This document shows positions 34,801 to 42,693 of a DNA stretch of 42,693 nucleotides, in pieces. The stretch comes from Cercozoa sp. M6MM (taxonomy: Eukaryota > Protista > Endomyxa: Ascetosporea), in assembly GCA_040357565.1 (NCBI GenBank), contig JBDODJ010000094.1; one strand, given 5' to 3'. Every line of letters begins with the position of its first letter. Position 1 is the first letter of the stretch. Below the pieces are notes generated by a model. It searched no databases and was not told where the DNA came from. It worked only from the letters and a program-made list of their open reading frames with translations. The position numbers were made by a program, and so were the translations under genes.

Positions 34801-35586
34801 TTGCTAACCTCTCATTTACCTCCCCCTACATTATCCCACTTGGACAGGACTGGGGCAACATTCGGTACGCCGTGCGACAGGTGTCGCAGGAGGCCACTCG
34901 CGAGACTGCATCGCTTAATGCTGTAGTTTTACCTCCCCTACCCCCGTTTCCCCCCCCCCCCCCGTTTACCTCCTTGGCACAGTTGGTAGCCACGGTGGAC
35001 GACAAGACCGAGGCGTTGATGCTACTGCCGCAGCCGTTGATCAATGCGGCCGAGTCGCTGTTCGACATGGCTCGTTGTGGTACCTTCGCGTGGACGATGT
35101 GACCTTCCGCGCGGATGCAAGTATGTGTGCAGGCTTTGTCGGTGAGGCGTATCTGGACACGAAAACGCTGCTGTGCGAAGACACCATGTCCAACTTCGTA
35201 CACTGTTTCAAAAAACCCAACCCAGTGTTACCTCCCCCTCAACCATTTCCTGCAGGCGACGCTGTCGATGGCGTTCTTTGTGTCGGGCATCGTTAGCACC
35301 TTTGCGCTCGCCATGTCAGCATTGGCAGTAGCTTTGCTTTTTGCTCGTTTTTATCGCCAGGGTTTGTATATAACTGTCTCTGTCCAGGCCAAGCGAATCG
35401 ACCAGGCACAGAGTCCCTACTTGTCGCGGTATTCGGAGCCTGCTGACGAGGAGGTCGGCACCACTGTCGAAATGCATGTACACTTTCGATGCACACTGCC
35501 CGATTTGTTTTGCCAGTGGAGCGCCTTTTTTGTTTTTTGTTCTGCAGAGCAAAAACGACGATTTGACCACGTCGTCCCACCGATAG
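31859..35586 (+). CDS. Prominin/Tweety-like 5-TM membrane protein with signal peptide
   Basis: Signal MTRVLAPLALAAISLVQA. Tweety-like FDPENTEYIKNL before TM1, a Cys-rich loop SCLRSSCQACGG, and ANDEVSND after TM2. TM3-TM4 are followed by VNSDACVE. There are two long helical ectodomains, and ARCGFV..Y...K..LCED precedes TM5. About 20 GT-AG introns. Confidence 0.75.
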
Positions 35587-35902
35587 AACGTCTACAGCAG
35601 CTCACAGCGCACAGATGCCGCTTGTTTGCTCAGTCAGTGCGATCCCTTTCAGTTTTCGCTCCGTTTTCGACCGGCCGCCTTTCGACCGGCACATGCATAG
35701 TTATAGGCACTGACACGACATCCACATGCACGCCTGCGGGCAAGCCTGCGCTGTGAACCTAACCATATCATTAAACTTCGACTTATAAATTTAAAGTACC
35801 CCGAGGCTGGTGGTACAGGGGAATTCATAGTTGGTTTCTTAACAGACTGAACTAATGAACTACCGTACGGTACTGTAGCAACTTCTGCGACAAGAGGGTG
35901 GT

Positions 35903-36907
35903 TTAAAGTTCTTGCTTGTCAGCATAGGTCTTGGCGAAGAAAGCGCGCTTGCCCTCAACATCGGGCAGGATCGTGTCATCGCCCTTGGACCTGGAGGAAT
36001 GCATACCGACTTCAGTTTTGACTGACTCACTCAAGAAAGGGAATGTACCAGTTGGCAGGACAGACGGTGCCACTCTCGTCCGTGTGCTGGAAGGCATCGA
36101 TCAGACGCAGCACCTTTGTGCCAAAAGTAGGTTGCGCACATCATGTTGTTTGTGAGAGAATAAAACACGGGACACCTCATCGACGTTGCGGCCAACAGAG
36201 GGCGCATTGACCGTCATCGAGCGCAGGACGCCCTTGTCATCGATCACAAAGACACCTCGCGTCGCAAAGCCCTGTTTGTTTCCCATGTTTATTGATATTA
36301 TTCAATGTCGTTCCCATGTAAGTAGGATGCCTTGCCTCATCAAGCAGCACACCGTAGTTGCGCGAGATCTCGCGAGTCAGATCGCTCAGCAGCGGGAAGT
36401 TCTGTCCCACGCACAGGAAGGTAACTTACAGTAACCCTCCAAAAACGACAGCAAGCGACGGAGGCACCAGCTTGCCAACACCGCCCTGCGAGCGCGGTGT
36501 GTCCAACCAAGCACGGTGCGTGTACACCGAGTCCACCGACACACCAAGCACGGCCGCGTTTCGCTCGGCAAAGTCGTCCGCGCGGTCAGAGAATGCGATC
36601 AGTTCGGTCGGACACCTGAGCAAGCAGAAACGCGATCAGTCACTCATTTTTCCAATTCATTGAACATACACGAACGTGAAGTCCAGCGGGTAGAACAGCA
36701 GAACAAGCCAGCGACCGGCATAGTCTTTCGGGAAGTTCACCGACGAGAACGCGGAACCATCGGCGGCTTCTCCCGAAAAGGCAGGCGCTGGTTTCGTCAC
36801 CTGCTAGAATAAAGTATCGGTGTTTGATAACAAGGGAGGATCAGAATAGATACCAAGGGGACTGCATTCACTGCACAGGCAAGTGCTGCAAGCAGCAAAA
36901 TCAACAT
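35903..36907 (-). CDS. PRDX4: Typical 2-Cys peroxiredoxin, Prx4-like (signal peptide, C-terminal KQEL)
   Basis: Motifs [61 protein letters not shown] and VCPANW. N-terminus [15 protein letters not shown]. One GC-AG intron. Confidence 0.95.
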
Positions 36908-37279
36908 TTTATGGATGTGCACACAGAAGCACAGTATAACGTTTAGTACTGTAGTGTACAGGTACACACAGTATTCTGCTGTATATTATTCTACAGCTTT
37001 CCTTTATTTTAACCGGCGCTCCGTTTAGGCCACTAGGCAGATCGAGTTTGCTCAATCAAAGCTACTGAGCTACGTGTAAGTGAGATAAATATCGCAATAA
37101 GCCGGTAAATTGTGGTATTGACTGACTACACTTCTTTGTGCTTCTTCTCGCGCTCTTGCAGATTTTTGCTGCGCAGAGAGTGTTGCCACAGATCTGTGAA
37201 ATACGTTAAAGGCACTGAGAGTGTGTGTTATTGCGGCACAGCAAAGATTGCGAGCAGACTTGTCCGATCACGAGAGACA

Positions 37280-39734
37280 ATGACTGACGAAAGCTACGTG
37301 CCGTACAATGAGTTCGTGACGCCGCTGCTGACGGACATGTACCAGATCTCGATGGCATACGCCTACTGGTGCAACGACTCGCACGACAGACACTCTGTGT
37401 TCGACCTGTTCTTCCGCAAGAATCCGGTATATCAGTCCATCACCCTAACTGCACTGCAGTCAGTCTTTCAAGCTGTTATGTGTCACCTGTGCAGTTCAAG
37501 GGCGAGTACACGGTGTTTGCCGGTCTCGACGACTGCCTGCGCTTTGTGAATGCGTTCCGTTTCACCGAGAAGTCGATCAACTTGCTCAAGAAGGAGTTTT
37601 CGGAATGGGAGCCTGCGTTCTTTGACTGGTGCGTTTAAATACTGTCTTGTGAGTGTGAGATGGATTTCTTTGAAGACAGAGAGGTGATCTGCAGGTTGGC
37701 GCAAGTGGATGCCTCGCAGGTTCGAATTTTTGCCGTGAGAGAAGGCTCAGTTGGTTTGCTTTCTCATATCTTATGGTAGTTGGTGTGTCTTTTTTTGGGG
37801 TTGTTTGATGAATTGATTGGTCCGGGACAACAGTGTTCCCACGCACGCCGTTGCTGCGTGTGGAGGGACCGCTAGCAGTGTGCCAGTTGCTGGAAACTAC
37901 GTTGCTCAACTTGGTTCAATTTTCTTTTTGCTCTGTCCTTGTTGTGTTCTTGTGAATTGGATGCGGTTTTGGGCAGGTGAACTTTGCCTCACTGATCGCC
38001 ACCAACGCTGCTCGTCACCGGCAGGCCGCGCCTGACAAGACGCTCATCGAGTTCGGTCTGCGACGAGCACAGGGACCAGACGGCGCCATGTCGGCCTCTC
38101 GGTATATGGAATCATTTGAGTAGAGACATCGTGATGATATATCTTGTGTTATGTCTACAGATACGCCTACTTGGGTGGCTTTGACGGCACGAGCAACGTG
38201 GCTGCCGGTCTGCTGTTCAACGTAAAACTGAGCGGCACGCACGCGCACTCTTTTGTGTCGAGTTTCACCAGTTTCGATGAGCTCAAGAAGACCACGCTTA
38301 TGGACATCAAGGGAGGTACTTGCGTTTCCCCTCTTACTCCTTGCCCTTTACCCCCCCCCCCCCCCCCCCCCCGTGTTGCAGAGGAGCGCGAGTTCCTGCA
38401 GGTGTGTCTGCAGAAGCGCAAGGAACTCGAAGCGGCGAATGCGAACGACTCGGAACTGGCAGCGTTTGTTGCATACGCACAGGCGCGTCCCAGAGGCTTC
38501 CTCGCTTTGGTCGACACCTACGATACCTTGAGTAGTGGTACAACCTGTCCTGTTTTCCTTCATGTATGTCTCTATGGTGTATTTATCTTGACTGGTCTAG
38601 GTGTGCCAAACTTTCTGGCGGTAACACTGGCTCTGCATGAGTTCGGCTACCGCGCGATCGGCATCCGACTGGATAGCGGCGACCTGGCCTATCTGAGTCG
38701 CATGTGTCGCGAGCAGTTCACTCGCTGCGGCCGGCAGTTCAATCTGCCGTGGGTGCACGCACTTAATATCGTCGCTTCCAACGACCTGTCTGAGGACGTC
38801 ATTGTGTCGCTCAACGAGCAGGGCCACTGTATGCTTACCTCACTACCCCCTACACATGTACTCCTACACCTTTACCCCTTTACCCTTTACCCTTTACCCT
38901 TTGCTCTTTACCCTACATATTACCTTTTCCATTTACCCTCTCCTTACCCATTAACCATTGACCCCTTGTCCCTTTACGCTTTGCCTCTACCCTCCTGTGC
39001 ACCCCAGCCATCGACGTGTTTGGTATCGGAACGCACCTGGTGACGTGCAAGAAGCAACCGGCGCTGGGCTGCGTGTACAAGCTCGTGCAAATCGAGGGCC
39101 GGCCGCGCATCAAGCTTTCGCAGGACGTGGTCAAGGTGACCATCCCGTCGCGCAAGTGCGCCTACCGACTCTTCGGACAGGACGATACGCCGCTACTGGA
39201 CTTGTTGGTTCCCGTGGATTCGCTCGAGGGCGACGCACTGCACCACGAAAGCTCTGTACCTTGTTTACCTCCACCCCACCCCATTTTACCCTCCCCATGA
39301 CCCCATGTTCAGGACTGGCCGGCCAACCCACCAACGGCGGGACAGAGAATCCTTTGTCGCAGTCCCTTCTAGTATGTTTATCCTACCCCCCCCCCTCCTC
39401 CTTTACCCACGCAGTGCGAGGAAACGAGCTTTTGTGACGCCGTCGCGAGTGGAGCGACTGCACGTGCTCGCGTGGGACCGCGGCGTGCTGCAGCAAGACG
39501 CCGTGAGCACTCTGGACGAGGCTCGCCAGCGCTGCCAGTCGCAGGTAGCATGCCCTCTTCCCCTGCCCTTCTCCTTGACCTTTGACTCCCATTCCTGGGC
39601 AGGTCAAGGCACTGCGACGCGACCATGTGCGTTTTCTGAACCCAACGCCATACAAGGTCTCGGTCACGGAGCCGCTGTTTGAGTTCCTGCACTCACTGTG
39701 GCTTGCCGAGGCGCCCATCTCCGAGCTCTCCTAG
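37280..39734 (+). CDS. NAPRT: Nicotinate phosphoribosyltransferase
   Basis: Motifs [93 protein letters not shown] and [10 protein letters not shown]. Confidence 0.97.
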
Positions 39735-39937
39735 GCAACTCGCTCAATCGATCGCGAATTCACTTCGTTGCGGCTCCCACGCCAAGCGCGCTGGCATATC
39801 ATTGTGTAAACTAACGTAAATTGATACAGTATCAAATTGCTCAGTTCACCCAACCCCAGTTGTACAAGTATTTGACTAACGGAACGGAATTGCGGTCAAC
39901 TGAACGCCAGCACTAGAAATTGCCGTCAGTTCAAAGT

Positions 39938-42693
39938 TCAGTCTGATGGCAGGTCGATGGCGATATCACCAGTGTACTCGATCACAGTGGTCATGCCGGC
40001 AGCCGCGTGGAACACCATGTGACTGCAGTCACACGCACCCAAATACATGTACCCACCCACTCAACCCATCATTCAGTCTTTGTAATACCAGTGGAAGAGC
40101 CACGTGCCCGGATTGTCAAAAATCACATCGACCTCGATGGCGTGGCAGCCGCCCGGTACCTTTGGAAGGAGTAGGAGATAAACTGGGGGGGGGGTGAAGG
40201 AGGGGTGAACTACCAGCACGGTGTCACGAATGGCGCCGTCGATCTCCTCGCGCGGCTTGCCGTGCTGTTCGATGGCGACTACTTTCATCAGGTGGCCGTG
40301 CAGGTGCATCGCGTGCTATGCGGGGAGGGGGGAGGGGTCGAAGAGAAAGATATGAGTAGGAGGGGCAAGACAAACTACCGAATCACTGGATAGGTTGACA
40401 ATTCGCATGCGGACCTTCTCGCCAAGTTTGACTCGCGTTGGCGCCGGGTGCGGCAGGTAGCTCGTGTGCGACATGCGGTAGGCCACGTCGTTCACAGTGC
40501 GAAGACCGTCATGACTCGCATAGCCCAGCGTATACTCCACGACGCGGTCCGGCGGTCGCGTCACTCCCTATTCCGGAGGAAGATGTAAAGGCACCGGCGG
40601 GGGAGGGTAAACAATCAAAAAAGATACAGCAGTGCGATTCGTGCGCAGTTGCTCGTGTCGGGCCAGAAGGTGCGCCTGGAGTATCAGGAGTAAGAAGGGT
40701 AAGAAGGGGGTAAGAAGGGGGAGTAAGAAGGGGTAAGGTTAGATTACAGGCGGCGTGGTCAGCTGTCCCTCGGTGCGCGTGCTGGCAAACAACTGCCACA
40801 GTCGGTCGCTGCTGGCGTAGAGAGGCGACATTTGTTCCTGCCACAGCAAGCTTGTTTGGTAGGCGGTAGAACAATAGGGTGGTAGGCAGTAGGGTGGTGA
40901 GATAGTAGGGCAGGTAGTAGGGGAAGTCGGACACACCAGTGAAAAGTGACTAGACAGGCGACGCTCCGTGTCAAACTGCATGAAGCCCACGCTCGGTATG
41001 ACGCCTTCTGACTCGTCGCCCTTGATGCCCTGCGTGCACACAAGGACAATTACCACTTTCGCTCCTCTTTCACACTCCTCGCTCCGCCATCTCAGCATAC
41101 CAGATGCTCAAAGATCTCTTGATCCGACACGTGCGACTGCTCGCCTGCCACGAGCACGAACGATGCGACCTGTGACTCGTCCTACCAACACAAGTAAAGA
41201 AGGTACAGAAGGTAAAGAACGAGCGAAAGGGTATAAGGAAACACGCAAATAAACAAGCAGAAGCTGAGCAAGCAAGTGTGAACCTCGGGATGCGCCTCAG
41301 CAACAGCTTTGATGTGCCAAAAGGCATCGTCGTTGCACTCGTAGTCATCGCCAGTTCTGCTCACTCACACAGACACCCGGCATCCCTCTGAGACCCTCAA
41401 GAGCGACATTGAAATAGCAAAGTCAAAGCAATGAGCTACAAGTCAACAAGTACGTCAAGTCGCTGACCAGCCGCCACCCTAAAGAAACGCTTGACTCGGC
41501 AAAAAAACAAGAAGCAACAAGATCGTTTTTAAAGAGTACCAGAGCAAGTGATCCGCAGGTAAGTGATCCACAGGTGGCCGCAGCAGTGCGCTGTCGGAGC
41601 TCACAATGTCGAAACGAATATCAAGCTTCTTGAGTGGCTACAGAACAGACAAATACAACAAAACTGTAAACTGACACGCACTGCTTTGCGGTGTCTAAAC
41701 GTACCGACAAATCGATGCGGAAAGCACTCATGCCAGCAGCGTTCACAAAGCGCAGTCGCACGAACGGCTAAGCCATAGGAACAGTTTTTGTGTTTTTTCT
41801 TCTTTTCATTTTGGTGTTTCAGTTTTTGGGAGCAGTCACCTGGTGCGACGGCAGTCGGATGACCTGCGGGTTCTCGTAGCTGCGTCCTGCACCACAAAAG
41901 AGAGCGGTATCGAATCGAAATACGGAAGAAGCACACCCTAAAAAGACAGAGTAAAGCACCGTTGGCGAGAACGCCGTCGTACTTGACATGCATGCGATCG
42001 GGATGTTCGTTCAGTTCATCGCACTCGATGGGTCCAGTCATGTTCATGATCTCTGCATTGCCACCAGACACAGACATCAGAAGACAGAAAGGAAGAGAAG
42101 AAGGTAAGTACGATGCATCTCTAGCATGGACTCCAACACATCGTCGTGATCACAGTGGTCCTCTACAGATGCACATGCCAGCGTGGAAGAGAGGAGGAAC
42201 AACAGGGTACCTAGCAGATGGCCATCGCCTGGCATGTGACCGTGATGGTGAGCCTGCACAAGAGGGAAGTAAAGAGGGTCTAAAGATAGAGGCAAAGGAG
42301 TTAAGGATCGACTATACATTGCGAGGACACACGTCCTCCAACAGCACCGTCACGTCGTACACCAATTGTCTGAACACATGGAGGAAAGATAAAAGGGTGG
42401 TGCGGGGGGAGGGTAAAACTGTAATACCCTCCATTCTCGAACTGATCCTCGTTCGCAGTGGTTTCGTCCGGAATCCAGTCTTTGTTAATCGGGTCCGCCA
42501 GCTGTACGGGGGGGGGGGGCAGGGGGGTAAGAGGGGGTAAAGGGAAAACAGGGGTATAGGGGGTAAAGGGAAACGGAGGGGTAAAGGGAAACGGGGGTAA
42601 AGGGGGTAAGGGGGGTAAAACTGTGTACGAAGTGATCTGGCGGCACGGGACCCATCACATTGACGACACCCACCGCACCTCTGGGGGGGGGGG
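39938..42693 (-). CDS. Multicopper oxidase (5' part outside the window)
   Basis: Copper ligands HAMHLHGH and GTWLFHCHMVFHAAAGM (T1 axial Met). Domain-2 motifs GVLANGR, VRLRFVNAAGMSAFRID and AAGQRLDVLVDL. Many short introns. Confidence 0.92.

Noticed and set aside
1-42693. Alternative genetic code or stop readthrough
   Set aside because: TAA, TAG and TGA all terminate conserved proteins at the expected places. Apparent in-frame stops fall inside introns.
17046-42693. Biosynthetic gene cluster (methyltransferase, GCH1, strictosidine synthase-like, oxidase, transporter)
   Set aside because: Each gene has a standard unrelated housekeeping identity, and there is no scaffold-forming enzyme.
1-42693. 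tRNA, rRNA or snRNA genes
   Set aside because: No convincing cloverleaf or conserved RNA motifs seen by eye. tRNAscan-SE or Infernal would be needed to exclude them.

Overview
Gene-dense, intron-rich genomic DNA from a unicellular eukaryote (protist; SAR/Rhizaria-like is only an inference). It uses the standard genetic code and short, mostly ~50-200 nt, GT-AG introns, so the supplied ORF track is fragmented and gene models were rebuilt by hand from splice sites. Sixteen protein-coding genes, in order: glutamine synthetase II with an apparent signal peptide (-), ankyrin-like protein (+), UVSSA-like (-), orphan membrane protein (+), Rmp1/NEPRO-like (-), cullin-1-like (+), RRP8 (+), GTP cyclohydrolase I (+), strictosidine-synthase-like/APMAP (-), GABA-B-like class C GPCR (+), TMEM245-like (-) with a complete spliced gene nested antisense in its 1.5-kb third intron (+), prominin/Tweety-like (+), signal-peptide 2-Cys peroxiredoxin ending KQEL (-), NAPRT (+), and a 5'-truncated multicopper oxidase (-). 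Most genes sit in head-to-head pairs, and many introns carry (C)nTTAC arrays. There are two 100-N assembly gaps. The strongest novelties are the intron-nested orphan gene and the secretory-type glutamine synthetase with a ~55-aa insertion.
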